A stretch of DNA of 63,291 bases, filler included, from Sphacelaria rigidula (lineage: Eukaryota): NCBI GenBank assembly GCA_964200075.2. It is 9 parts of 9 records of this genome, joined end to end, with 100 filler letters (N's around TTAATTAATTAA, not from the genome) between each part and the next. Parts side by side here need not be neighbours in the genome. Positions count along the whole stretch, not along the records: positions 35,220 to 42,162 come from CAXNAA020017288.1; positions 42,263 to 49,205 come from CAXNAA020017289.1; 7 more parts are not named here. One strand, written 5' to 3'. The position numbers were made by a program, and so were the translations under genes. The notes under the pieces are model-generated. The model saw nothing but the letters and a program-made list of their open reading frames with translations. It had not been told where the DNA came from and ran no database searches. Of this stretch, positions 36,057 through 49,205 are shown piece after piece (within the stretch, counting starts at the first letter, position 1; each line of letters starts with the position of its first letter).

Positions 36057-38926
36057 ATGCTCGCGGGAGCAGGTGTGGCTGTGAGAATCACGTTGGGTCT
36101 GTTGGGCATGCAACAACGACTGGAGAGTACCCCGGAGCTCGTTGTGCCATCGGCATCGTGGGAAAGGGCGAAGGAAGGGCTGTTCTTAGCAAGCCTGTAA
36201 GATATCCGGAGCACAACAGTGTTGTTTCTGCGTGCCCGCCTCCAGCTGAAGAATGAAGACAGTAGGCGGATGAGCCGCATTTCTTGCTTTTTTTGTTGTT
36301 GTACGAGAAGGAGCAGCATATCTTTGAGCTCTCTCTTATGGTGCATACTGTAGCCTCTTGTTCAGGATAGGGACGTGACGGTTCCGTGTTTTCCCATCAA
36401 GAATCAACGCTGAGAATGGCTGGATGAAACGTTGGGAATCGTTGATTAATTTGACTGTCGCACAGTAGTAAACCCCGGGGGATCGAGCTGTTATTCACTA
36501 CCCTACTATAATACGAGTCTGATGCCTAGTATCCCATCTTCTCTCTCCCCGTCTTGTGACGGTTACCGCTCGCCCGTGAACCAGGGGTCTGTCCCACTAC
36601 GCAGGAGGCGTGTTTGCTGGTTCACCGCTGTTATTGGGCGTAGCGTCCCTTTGCGCTATGCTGCCTACGGGGCTGCAGAACCTTGGCGCCGCCGTGCTGT
36701 TCGCTGCCTTCGACGTGGCCAGCGCTCTACTACTGCGACTGATATGCCTACGGGCGGTGGCTGTAGAATCGTGCGATTGGTGAGAGTGTTTCCAGTTTTC
36801 CTTGCTCTTCTTTTGCTGAAATGGTGTTGGCGTTGAGCAGAGCCATCTATACTGGCAACGCGGTGCACAACACAACTTTCTGGGTACGCTAAAACAGAGG
36901 TCACGATGTGCTTGCGCACGACGAATATTGTTGTTATGGGTGCTGACATGACTCTCAGAAATATGATGAAGTGTCCTCGGGAACGCTGCTCTTCAGCAGT
37001 TCAGTGCTTCTAGTGAGCATACTGCATGTGTAGTCCCAGGCGTGTTGGTTATCCATTGCCACAACTTGAAGCGGAGAGGTAGGACGCAAACATCATTTTT
37101 TGGTCTCACGTGGTGCACGTGCGTACTGCTGAAACAGGGAAACAGAACTGGAGAAATGGATGGACGAAGACACAAGACCGCCGGGTAGAAATGACGCATC
37201 ATCGCCGGAATCTGCAAACAAATCAGCTGCAGAGAACACTGTACCAACAACAGAAAAGTCTAGGGAAACACAGGGAAAGGAGCAGACTGGCAAGCTGCCG
37301 TCCTCGGAAAGCAGGAAGCATGATTGCAGTGCGTCTCGCACACGTGTGGTTGACGTTACATCAACGGAACAAGGTCAAACCGACTCATGGCACCAACAGC
37401 TCCCCGACGTGGTGGTGGCGATGTATTTGCTCAACCCTTTGTTGGTCGCTCAATGCGTCGCACTTTCTGGCGACGTGCTCGGCCGCGTGCTACCGCTCAC
37501 TGCGCTGGCGGTCGCCGGGAGGCAACAGTTTGGATTCTCACCAATGACGCCAGTAGTGGCTGCAGCTCTTGCTGCCGCAACCTGCCTGTGGCGCTTCCAC
37601 GCCGCCCCCTTGCTCCTCCCTGTAACTCTCATGCTCAGCCGCGGCAGGTCCTCAACGAAGGAGGGCGTCGCTGGCACCGCTACGGTGGGGGCGAGGGCGA
37701 GAGGAGGGAACGAAGTTTGCGACAAACCTTCGGGGCGGATACGACATTGCCTGGAAGGAAACGGCAAGGCGAAAAGTGACGGCGGATATGAACCACTCCA
37801 GGATGAAAGCGAGTCGACCGGCAATGTTGATGCTTCGGGTGTCGGAGGAACACCAACCTCGCTGGAAGCCTATCTTGGCGGATCCTCGTTTGACCCGCTT
37901 CGTGTGGATTTCGATATCGAAGTGTTTGCACGCTTGTGCACCATGTTCGTGGCATTTTGCGTCGTGATCCTTGGGGCGTGTTGGCTGACCACGTCGCCGT
38001 CGTGGGGGTTTCTGCGCGCGGCAGTTGGGGGGCAGCTGCTGTGCGAAGACCTGACACCGAACGCCGGACTGTACTGGTACTTCTTCGCGGAGATTTTTCC
38101 TCGGTTCCGTGGCTTTTTTCTAGTATTGTTCCTGTCTCAGCCTTACGTGTACGTCCTCCCGGTGGTATTGAGGCTCGGCATGTTCCCTGAAGCTGCGGTG
38201 AGAGACAAGCCAGCAGAGTACATTGCAACGCTTGATATGCTAGTACCCGAGAAGCCACCGCGTTTGATCATGTGTGATAATGAGCACACGTTGGCGTGCG
38301 GTTTAACCGGTGCAGTCTGGCTTCGGTTCGTCGAAGTGCGATACGACGTAACAAAAAACAGGCGCTGTTCAGAGATATTCCTGTAGCCTCTTCACCGCAA
38401 CTTGGCGTACTACAAACACGCCTGATGTGGACCGTGAAGTGACCTAATATTCAGCACCAATCGCGCTCACCGGCCCATGCTCACCACACCTTACACCCGA
38501 TTGTCGGATGCGTCTGCTGTTCCTCTCGTTCGGCTCTTTTTCTGATGACAGGCCACTTTACTGTTGGCAATCTTCGGTTTTTTCCAACCGTACCCAACTC
38601 TGGCGGACCCCATGTTAGCGGGGTGTCTGTTTTTGTGCCATCCGCGCACAGCAAGGCGCATGCGAATCATCGTCCCTGTCTTTCTGGCGGCCGCAGTGCC
38701 CTCGTTGCTCTTACCGACTATGCGGCACTTGTGGCTGAGGGCTGGTACCGGCAACGCCAACTTCTACTACTTCCAGACTGTGGTGCTCAACGTTCTGCTG
38801 TCCGTTCTCGTACTCCAGTTCGCGGCTGCTCTCGTGAAGAGGCGGAAAGCGATTCGGTTAGCTGTTCACAAGCAACGGAATGCTGCTGCGGTTGGCGGTG
38901 CCATTGATTGCAGTGGCGGCGATTAG
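36057..38926 (+). CDS. PIGU: GPI transamidase subunit PIG-U (CDC91/GAB1), apparently complete, ~589 aa
   Basis: Exons 36057-36196 (PELVVPSASWERAKEGLFL), 36585-36779 (GLSHYAGGVFAGSPLLL), 37138-38197 (YLLNP; EDLTPNAGLYWYFFAEIFPRFRGFF) and 38552-38926 (FQPYPTLAD; LWLRAGTGNANFYY). Total 1770 nt, in frame, GT-AG introns. The start codon is the least certain part. Confidence 0.92.
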
Positions 38927-41900
38927 AGTGGCTGGTAGATGTGGTTAGCCCAGCCTTGCACGTGACAAACCCAGATCGATATGAAGCGATATGCAGCGTG
39001 ACGGGAGGCGGGTCTAACCTACAGGTCATCGGTCATTTGGCTTACGAAGTCTTGAGGATAAGTTGGAGCTTCATTTTACTTTAGCAGAGTTCTGAGGCCG
39101 CTGCATTGAAAGCAACAGATTTCCCTTCGACTTGTCGAGCTCCAACCTATGACTCGCTTCCGTCATGATAACGAGGACGACACGGCGTGTACTCCGAAAT
39201 GAATGCGGTCATCCGCTGTCCGTCTGCACAGCACATTCATGCTCCGTTTGCTGCCGGGCCGTTCATCGGCCTAAGCTCGACGTTTCTTGGCGTTGGCTTC
39301 TTGCTCTGGAAAGGTAACCCGCGCTGCACATGACGGCGAGTTCTGCGTGTGCTTCGGAAAATAGCTTCACGTTCGATTGCGGTGAAACTGCGACCAACTG
39401 AACCCGATTACATTAAACAACGTTTTCGTGAGATTGAGAGTAGAGGGTACGACTGAGAGTGAAGAGTGGTCAATCAGTGAATGAATCGTTCCAGTTCCGA
39501 AATGCCCCTCCGCGAGCCCCGATATGCTTCCTGTAGTAGTATAGCTCGCCACTGAGGCCCTAGATATCCGTGAGTAGGATATCGACGTGTAGCTATAAGC
39601 ACACGTCAGTGATGGAGGCAAAAAAAGCACACACTGAATGAAAAATTGGCCAAGTAAAAGCGGATGATTAAAGTCAATTTCAATCAGCGCTCTACTCTCA
39701 ATCTTACGAAAACGTTTGTCATTATCAGACGCCCCCTGTCTGCCGCTGAAGCGGCACGATCGTGTGGATTTTGACATTCAGTGCCCTCGTTTGCAAGGTT
39801 CACGTTGAAACGAAGAAATGTTGTACCCTCCCTGTCTGGAAATATAAGCAAGGTTGAGAGACAAAGCGGGCTAACTCCGGCCTACTTTATTTTTTTCAGA
39901 ACATTTTGTTTCTTTGGCTTCGCCGCTTTCGCGCGGTTCGCCCAAAACCCGTGTTTTTCAAATTCCCCACCAAAAATAGCTTTCCCACCAAAGCAGAACT
40001 AGCTCGAAATTTCAAGTTTCCCACCGAAAATAGCTTTCCCACCAAAGCAGAAGTAACTCGAAATCACCACCCTCACTTGGAACCGCCGGTCAAAGGCTTT
40101 CCCATCTTATTTTTAGGAATGTCCCCTGTTGGGAGTTCCTCCAAGGGGCCAGAGCAAGAATTTCAACGAGTTGGGAAAGGGCATGGTGATCCTATACCTC
40201 CTCGCTGGCAGCAAGGATTGGGTCCTATCAAGCTGAATCATTTCACGACATCACTAAACAGGGGACGCGAAGCACCAGTCCCCTCCCTTCAGAGTTTTTT
40301 TTCACCTATCCATGATATTCGATCGTATGTCATACCCGTCGGACATCAAACAAGGATTGAATCACAACCTTCGGAGCATCTGGTAGGAATCTTGCCTATA
40401 TATCTGGACCGAGGGAGCATGAATAATCACAAACTCGACGTGTGCAAAAGAGTATGGCATACCGGAGTCGACACAACGCTGACAGTCAAAGGGCAGCTCA
40501 ACCATGAAGGGGACAAACAAATCACACCAGAGTACATACATGAAGAATATAACAACACTGTGTTGTGAATGGAGGCGAACGTCAGCTGCGAGACATAGTG
40601 ACTAATGCTTGCAATTACCACAACTCTCCGCATGTAACGGGCGATCCTGTAATGACGCAGGCCGTGGTGTGCCGCGTGACGGTCGGCTGCAGCGTCGTTC
40701 AGATTGTCATTGATATGAATTGTCCTCCCACGACCGTACTGCACAATGATCGCATGATCTTGAGCTAGGATATATCTATATGTTGATCACATACCTGAAA
40801 CACGCTGAGGGCCTTGCACACGATACTGTACTCCGTGATTGTTGAAGTTCACGTAAAGGTCGATGAAAACACCGGCAGAAAAATCACACACACGCACATA
40901 TCCCACATGTCTTTTCCATTCCCCCCTGGGGGCGTATAAAACCGGCGTGGTCCGTTCCCCGGCTTTGTAGGGATGCGAGGTCAATGATCTTATGACTGCG
41001 CATGCAAGATCATGAGGTATACCCCCCCCCCCCGGGCATATGACATAATCCGAAGAGTCGTCGCACGCGAACCCACCGCACTTTTGTTGTGCCTTCAGGG
41101 CCCATGCATGCATGAGTAGTTGATAGGCACATCAGGCTGGTGACAGACTTTGAGGAACAAACATTATTTCTCAGCTAGAACGTGGGCAGGGAACCGAAAA
41201 ATTGTCTCTGCTGCTACTGCGGCAAATTAAGATTTGTGACGCTGACGGTAATCATTGACGACACTTTTCTTTCAGAATGTTTCGGGCACAAAAAGGACTT
41301 GAAACAAAAAAAAGCTGAACATAAAAAACAACGCTTTCGTGAGATTGAGAGTGGAGCGCTGGTTGAGAGTGGAATTGATCATTCGCTTCAACTTAACCAA
41401 TCTCATGCCGTGTGTGCTTTTATTTGCTTCCATCACTGATGTGTGCTTCCAGCTACACGTCGATATCTCACTGAGGGATATCAAGGGCCCCAGTGGCGAG
41501 CTATACTACTACAACAGGAAGCATATCGGGCCTCGTGAAGGATAATTTCGGAACTGAAACTATTCATTCACCAATTGACCGCTTCTCACTCTCAATCGTA
41601 TCCTCTACGCTCAATATCACGAAAACAATGTTAAAACCCCACGCTAGAGTTTCCGAGTAATATGAAGTCAGCCATAATTCATCCATTGCTTGACCTGGTT
41701 GAGAAATCTGCCGTCACATTTTTCGTAGAGGAAGTTTCCTTCCCCCCCCCCCGAAATGTCTGAAAAGTCTGAAAAAACTAACCCGGAACAACCCTGGGAG
41801 AAGATTGACGCGCTCAGTGTGATGGTATAGTGAAGAAAATATGCATGTGTCTCCCGCACATCTGGCGGTGTGAGTGGACGCTCAACGCTATCACCAGATG

Positions 41901-42343
41901 AGTATACAACCTATAGTTTATGTAGTCTGTAATTGTACCAAGTGCAGCGTGTTCACTCTCTGTGCCTTGTCGTGGTACGTTTTTTTTCTGTCGCCGGTTT
42001 GCACCCTTTCTCCACTTCAAACATTCTTGGACGTCGAGTTGACATCAAAGTGGAAGGCGTTGCTGTCAAATTTCCCAGAACTAAAAGACCCAGTGAACAG
42101 CCGATTTTAAATTTTGGGGTTCATACAAAATATGGGGTTGAAGTGGCATATCTCTCTTGCACNNNNNNNNNNNNNNNNNNNNNNNNNNNNNNNNNNNNNN
42201 NNNNNNTTAATTAATTAANNNNNNNNNNNNNNNNNNNNNNNNNNNNNNNNNNNNNNNNNNNNGGGGGGGGGGGGGGGTGTGTGGGGGGGGGGGGGGGTTG
42301 GGGGTGTGTGGGGGGGGGGGGGGGGCGCGGGTGTGGGGTGTGC

Positions 42344-43275
42344 TCATTTGTTGCTTGCCTTAGTCGTTCGACCATTGACCAAGCATCCCTCTCGAGACGG
42401 AGCACCGTTGCTACTCCCAACAGAGATACCTCCAACATTTAGGTGCTCATTACGTTTCTTCCATACATTACACAAGACCTTTTTACATATCTTATCCCTG
42501 TCCTGTTCCGCCGTCTGTGGCCACCATATATCTCCTAGTATAGCCATCGTTTTTTCGCTACTGTGTAGTGCATCAACGCCTTCATGCCACCTTCGTTCAC
42601 GTCCCGAATTTCCCCTCTAGCACGCCCCGCTTCTCCTTGTGTACTTCACATTCTGCCACTATATGACTTCTGCTCTCTATTGCTGTGCAACAGGGGCAGT
42701 TCTGTGCATATGCTTCCTCCTCAACACGACTACTGGTATGTCTCTTATTTCTGGCAGGTCCAGGTCCCGCACCCGAAATCGCGGTTTCCACAACCCATTC
42801 CTCCATACTGTGTCATAGGCCTCTTGCACGTCCAGAAAGAAACAGTAACTTGTCCGCCCGGTGTCTTTCCTACCCTGAACAATCTCACCTAGTGTGTACA
42901 CATGGTCTACGCAACTACGGTCCGGTCTGAAACCCGCTCGTCCCTCGCTGATTTTATCTTCATTTTCCAGCATCGCTCCTACTCTATCGTTCAGAATCTT
43001 ACAGAATGTTATCCCTACCGTGCTCGGTAGCGTTATCCCTCAATAGTTCCCTGGGTTAGCCTTGCCTCCTTTTAAAAAAAATATTGACGACTACTCCTTT
43101 TTTTCCATATCTTAGGTGTGTACTCGTTTCCCCAGATCCAGTTGTACAGCATAACCATCATGGCAGTCATTCCTTCTCCCCCGTACTTCAGGAATTCATT
43201 CACTATTTCGTCTACCCCTGCTGCCCCTCTGTTCTCGAGTTTAGCTACGTACTCCTTTACTTGGTCTCTGGTCAA
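42344..43275 (-). mobile_element. Truncated, internally deleted LINE (RTE/RTEX-like): RT N-terminal part, C-terminal CCHC finger, C-rich tail
   Basis: KLENRGAAGVDEIVNEFLKYGG; AGFRPDRSCVDHVYTL...FFLDVQEAYDTVWRNGLW; then CPCC...ESRSHIVAEC. The ORF ends NGAPSREGCLVNGRTTKASNK-stop, directly followed by a C-rich tract (G runs on + at 42263-42340). Stops and frameshifts are present. Confidence 0.9.
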
Positions 43276-44005
43276 TTATCTCTGCAATTCTGTTCAGCCT
43301 CTACCCTCCCGTTTTGACGTCTCCACATTTGCCTCTGCCCACGATTTGTTTGTTTTTTTGGGGGGGGAAGTAAGAGGCAAAAAGCCATGGAGTGGTGAGG
43401 TACAGAACAGGAGCGCAGCGACAAGAATCTGAAATAAAAAGTCTTGAAACACGGTAAAAACATAATTGCGCTACGCTCACGTGTTCAGCAATCGGAAATG
43501 CCCCGCCTGGAAATTGGCTAATAACGACGGACATATCCTTCACCGTGAGGGGCGGGAAGATGATAACCGACCAACACCAACACCTTGTGGAAGAGGACGC
43601 CCGACAAGGCAGAAGAAAGGGAACAACGCGCATAATCGCCTTTTGTCTCCAAATGTTGGGCTGGACACCCAACAAGCCCCTCTTACATCAACACGTCTAT
43701 AGTGGATGTCGCCACTTGCTTCACATTTTTCACAGGGAGAGATGGTAGACTACACGGCTGTGCACTGTACCGCAGGGAAATGATGGGTTCAACAAACCTT
43801 CTCGTGAACGAATTGGAATATACGAGTGCCGTACGTAGTAAAAGTACAAAGTAAAAACAAGTACATCCATTGGCATAAAAACAAGATGGGCGGGAGGGGG
43901 GGGGGGCGAGAGCCGGTGTAACTTGCGGGAGTACGCCCATTTACACAAACATGGAGAGTGCGAGCGGAGCGGTGGGGGATGTAGTTGGTGAGAGCAACAG
44001 CGCAC

Positions 44006-44974
44006 CTGTCATTCGCCGGTCCTGGATCAACGACACACAGATCCTTGGGAAGACTCAGCCCGGTCCATCCCCCATCCGCGCATCCCCAAGCGTAGCAGTA
44101 GCCGTCCGTTGTTATTGCCATACTCCACCACGGTCCGCATGCAACCTTTAATTTGCGAAACCAAAAAATGGGAATGAAACTACCTCACACGAATGTTGTC
44201 TATACGTGTGTGTATATGTGTGTGCGCGCATCTTGGTACACGGCTACTGCTAACACGATGAAGACATGATGAGAGAACGTACGTCCTCTGGACCAAAAAC
44301 ATGACCGTAACGACGGAACAGAAGAAAAGAGTGGAGTCAAACACTAGATCTTTCAAGTCTGGTACAAGATCGAGAAAATGGGAGAAGAAACGTTTGATGA
44401 CAGAAGGGCAACAAACATCACTCACCAGGGACATCCGGAAGTTGTGTTTCCTCAGACGACCCCACGACGATCAGCACAGTGACACCCATAGACGAAGAAA
44501 AAAAAACACACATATACACGCCAAGTAACACAACTCCCAGCAAGCACACGCCTCTACCACACACGGGCACACCCATACACACACGCCCATGTAGTTTGGC
44601 ACGCACAGCTACGAAAGTAGAACGCGTGCCTATGCAATCGGTACGCCCTACAACTCACAGCAAGCACACACCTCAACCGCACGCACACTACGAAGTAGGA
44701 GGCGTGCCTATGCAATCGGCACGCCCTACAACTACTCACAGCAAGCACACACCTCAACTGCGCACACGTACACGCATACACACGCGCCGTGTGGCACGAC
44801 ACGCACAGCTACACAGTAGAAGGCGCACCTGTGCAATCGGTACGCCCTGCAACGCGTTGACCCTGCGAGGCATCCGCATGTGCAGCAGGCTCCCGTGCCC
44901 GCCCTGACCTTCTGCACCGTACCCCCACGAGAACACCTTCATGCTTCGGGATAAGGCCACCATGTGGAAGTCTC
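44006..44974 (-). CDS. RCC1-repeat protein, two internal exons
   Basis: Exon 44974-44829 (GDFHMVALSRSMKVFSWGYGAEGQGGHG...PRRVNALQGVPIAQ) splices in phase 0 to 44145-44006 (VACGPWWSMAITTDGYCYAWGCADGGWTG), giving typical RCC1 blade motifs. Confidence 0.85.
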
Positions 44975-47018
44975 CTGGAAATCGCCGTGGACGACACGGC
45001 GAGACGAGAAACGACCGAACAAGAAGCAGGAGGGTTGATGTATGAGCTCCATGATCATCACAGTCGAAACGCCGTACATTACAAGAACTGTCACACAAAA
45101 AAAATCGTTCATCCCAGCATTGGGGTTGTTCTTGGCTTCACACCTCACGAGCGAAAAAACACATGCCAGGCGCGAAGAGGTCGACGCGTTCAGCAGCGAT
45201 TTTTCAGTTTTTGCCAAGAAATTTCTTCGAGACATACAGGGCGTAAGGCAGACTAGAATCGATTGCAACAAAGTAGCAACGTATAGCGAGTGCACCATGC
45301 TCGCCAGAGGAATACTGGCAGGCAATCTAATGGGCAGTATTGCGCGTGCTAAATTTCTGGTGATTCAGCCCTAGCCCTGCCTCGAAACGATGTCTGGTAT
45401 CTCCGAGTAATGTGCGTTGTCAGTGAACTACGACAGTGTTCTACACCTCACCCTCATGACTTGTCGCTCTCTCCGACCATCGCCACCTTCATCCCTTCCC
45501 CAGGCATGCTTCTGGGATGTCATGTACCATTTTGGTACCTAATATGATCATGGCGATGATCCTGAACAAGTGAAATATGTACCATGAACAGAGGTACCCC
45601 ATCCTTTTGATTGATGCTCCTCTCCTCCCCTCTCCCCACCTATTGCGAGTCTGGCCCGGCGAAAACCCGGCGCGCTCCGTCCCAGCTTTGTAGGGATGTG
45701 AGATCAATGGTCATATGACTACAGCATGCAAAATCATGAGTGCACCCCCCCCCCATCTCCTCTCCCCCCGCGGGGATGGAGTCAAGGTATTCCCTGTCCA
45801 CCAATCTCACCCCGAGGGAGGTGGTGTCTAACGTACTAGTCATTTGAAGGCGAACTACAAGGTTCCAATCACCACTTACACCCCTTCGCGTCGATACTGA
45901 GTCCCCTCGTTTCCGCTAGCCGCACACCGGGTGTCTGGGGGTAACAGTATCCCTGAAGCTCGGAGTGGGTGCTCACCACCGTTCTGACCTCGTACGTATG
46001 GATGGTGATATGCTTGACTACATGAGAAGTGTATGTAGCACTACTGCATTTACACAGAAATGCTCAAGTCCTCAAGGAGGCACTGGGTTAGTCGAAACAT
46101 TTTTTTGTAAGCAGCAAAAGGGCGAGGGAGTGATCATTATTTCCAGGGTGCCATGGTTGCCGTTGTTGGGTGTTCCTTGGACGCATGCGCTGACCACCTA
46201 TTGCACGGAGGGTAGTCCGCACCATCATTGAAAGGGTATAACAGTCCACAAGAAAGTCATTTACATTAAAAAAAAAAAGTCCAAATCGGACATACTTTGT
46301 TCAAATCTGGCCCAAAATAGGCTGATATTGGGTACGGTTTGGTGGACGATCTCCCTCGTGCGCACGGCCATATGAGGTAAGAACACGTCCTTCTGGCGGG
46401 GTGTCTTACAAGACACGAGTGCAGCACACAAGCCCCGGTTGATTTGCGTGAAGAACTCTGAGCAAACACAGTGTAGCGTAATATACCGTGTGCACGTGAT
46501 CGTAACAAACGAACCCCCTTGGCACCCTAAGCAAGAAAACGCGCAGGTATGCATACCTTTTCTAGACCGTCGCAACGGGTTCGTTTTCCTCCTTTCCAAT
46601 ACGAGTTGCCATCACGACCAAGGTATGGTCTTTGCCGTGGAAATTTCTTGCGGCACAGCCTTCTCTCCCTTCTGTCCTACCTTATCATTCCATCTTTCAA
46701 AATTTCTGGAGATGAGCATAAAGGGCGAAACACAGTGTCGGCGCATCTGAACGCCGCCGAATTGAAGAAGTTTTGGCGCGCAGCTTCGAAAAAATATTTG
46801 GGGTGATCGGCGACCGGCACAAGTCGCCCATTTCATGTCAAGGATCGCACTCACATCTAGACACTACCGCCGCTAATTGGAAGCAAAAGCGACAGCCTGA
46901 CGCCACCTGACAGCGGGTCCAATGCCGACATATCGACACGAGCAGCAACAACAGAGCTAGGCACCCCCGGAATTCTTTCGCTGGATGGCACCATCTTCGC
47001 TTGGAACCAACAGGTAGT

Positions 47019-47534
47019 GTAATGCGTGAGAGGACCGCGTGCTTAGAGGGCCACATCGTAGTTCGAAACACCTCAGGGTCGACGTTTTTCAGAACCAACC
47101 GGGTCAGTCCCTGCAGGCACCACGCCCCCAACCCTGACCTGCTCCGTCTCGAGAGGGATGCGTGGTCAATGGTCAAACGACTAAGGCAAGCGATTGATGA
47201 GTACGCCCCTCACCCTAACCCCAACACTAACCCTAACCCAAGCGGGCGAATAAATCTCGGTGCATGTTCTCCATGTTTCGTGAGGTATTGAGCAACAGAA
47301 ACAGTATACTCATACTTTTCCCGGGACGAGCCCGTGGCCTCGATAAGCGACTTCTCTCTCCCCCAATACACACGTCACATGGTCCTAAGGCGGATGATCG
47401 GAGCAGTACTTCCCCACCGTGTCGACTGTCGTTCAAGAAAGTCAGTCGAACAGTTTTTTTTCCTCACGGAAATTAGGCACTCCTGAGAAAAACTACGATG
47501 CGGTCCCCTAAGAACGCGGTCCTCTCACGCATTA
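47019..47534. mobile_element. Second copy of the telomere-repeat MITE, with nested LINE tail and SINE fragment
   Basis: Same TIRs and interior as 7427-7649 in reverse orientation. LINE tail A at ~47140-47209 lies inside the CCCTAA-like tract. SINE family 2 end at ~47320-47390. Confidence 0.75.
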
Positions 47535-48843
47535 AGGGTAGTGTCGCCGTCGCCTGTTTCGTTCTCGACAAAAGTGCTGCACTGATACTTGGGGGGCTGG
47601 CTCACTATGTACGAGAAATGAGGAGTCGTCGCGTGGGTTTTGCTACCCTACTGTTGTCCGCGGGTCTCGGCAATACGGAAGGTGTGGGATCAAGCCTAAG
47701 TAGATCCGAGGTTCGTATGGATTCGGACTTTCAACGGTGTTGTATTGAGGGCATGAGGACGGTGAATGCCGAGATGTCAAACCAGTTCGTGGCGAGTCTG
47801 GAGTGTCCGTGTGTGTGTGTGCGTGTGTGCGTGCGAGGTGCGAAAAATGAAAGGAAAAAAAAAAATGCAAAAGGTACCTTACTCGCATCATCGCGGGACT
47901 ACAGGTTGGGTGCATCAGTACATCACATCTACCGTCCCATGCATAAAATCCATGTTTTGGGCACCCGTCGATGCACCGCAAATAAACGAAAAGTCGAGTC
48001 AAATGGCGTTACCCTGAAAAAATTCGGCCCTCCGGGAAAATCTCCCGGCGGCCCCTGCGGGAATTTCATTGCGCCGACGACAGCCGCCGGAGAGCCATTT
48101 TTCACCCTGGTACCCAAAATAATCTCCGACACTAATCCTATATAAAATAGCCCTAACCGTACGTGACCAACAGTATAGTCTATGCTGCTCCAAGATACTT
48201 GAATGCAGTGTTGGAACTATAAATCCTACACGAACGCGCCCACTAGTACAAGCTCCTTGGCTTCAAGGTACGGAACGCTCATGTAGTCGAGTCATGTGCT
48301 TGTTGCACGCACAAGCTCCTTGCTTGTAGAAAGCGCCGATCGAACGTCACAGCGACGAACGGGACGGTAAGGAGTGATTTGAGAGCGACCAACCCCAAAA
48401 GCACGGCAATGGTGGTGTGTTGTCGTCCCATCTAACCTGGGCGCCGGTCTACACATTTCGATATATGTGGGCGTACCAGCCGGAGTCATACGTAAAGGAG
48501 GTCAACACATGAGTTTTTTATTTTTTATTTTAGTACCTCACCTTCCTCCTGCGGTCCTTGCCTTGATCTTTTATCGCGAGAGGGGTTCGGCACTCCCTTT
48601 CCCTCGTCGACCATCGAGTAGAATTTTGTGTACCCACGACAAAGTCGCTCTCCACTACCGTTGGGTAGAGTTCGGTATTGGGTATTGGGTCGAGACTATA
48701 CTACCTCCAACACGCATAGGATATTTAGAAATTCTAAGCGTGTTTCTTGGGCCCTAACTTGAAGATTTTTTGGCCAATCTTATGCGAGAACATATCCCCA
48801 AAATTACTCAATATATCCGCATATTCTCGCATAGATATTCCAG

Positions 48844-49205
48844 ATATGATATATGTGTGTGTTGTCGTCCCTTCTATTCTGGACGCCGAGCTGCTCCTTC
48901 CGGTATATGGGGGCGCATCAGCCGGGGCCACACAGGAGGACGGTCAACACAGGAGCTTTACATTTTTATTTGTTTTTAGTACTTCACCTTCCTTCTATGG
49001 TGCTTGCCTTTTATTTTTTATCGCGAGAGGGGTTTAGCAACCCCTTTCCCTCGTCGATCGTTGAGTCGAATCTTGTGTACCCGCTACATAGTCGCTCTTC
49101 ACTGTTGGCCATTACGTGAGAAAAAATCCCAGATCGCTCCGAGAGTTGAACCCAGGACCCAACCGTCAGAAGGTTTCGAAGTTACCAACTGAGCCACCGG
49201 GGAGA
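48844..49205 (-). mobile_element. tRNA-derived SINE, family 1
   Basis: Minus-strand head CCCCGGTGGCTCAGTTGGT (A box) ... GGGTTCAACTCTCGG (B box). Body homologous to 6532-6810. Confidence 0.7.

Noticed and set aside
39906-40568. 220-aa plus-strand ORF
   Set aside because: No recognisable domain, it begins in a short tandem repeat, and it has no exon context.
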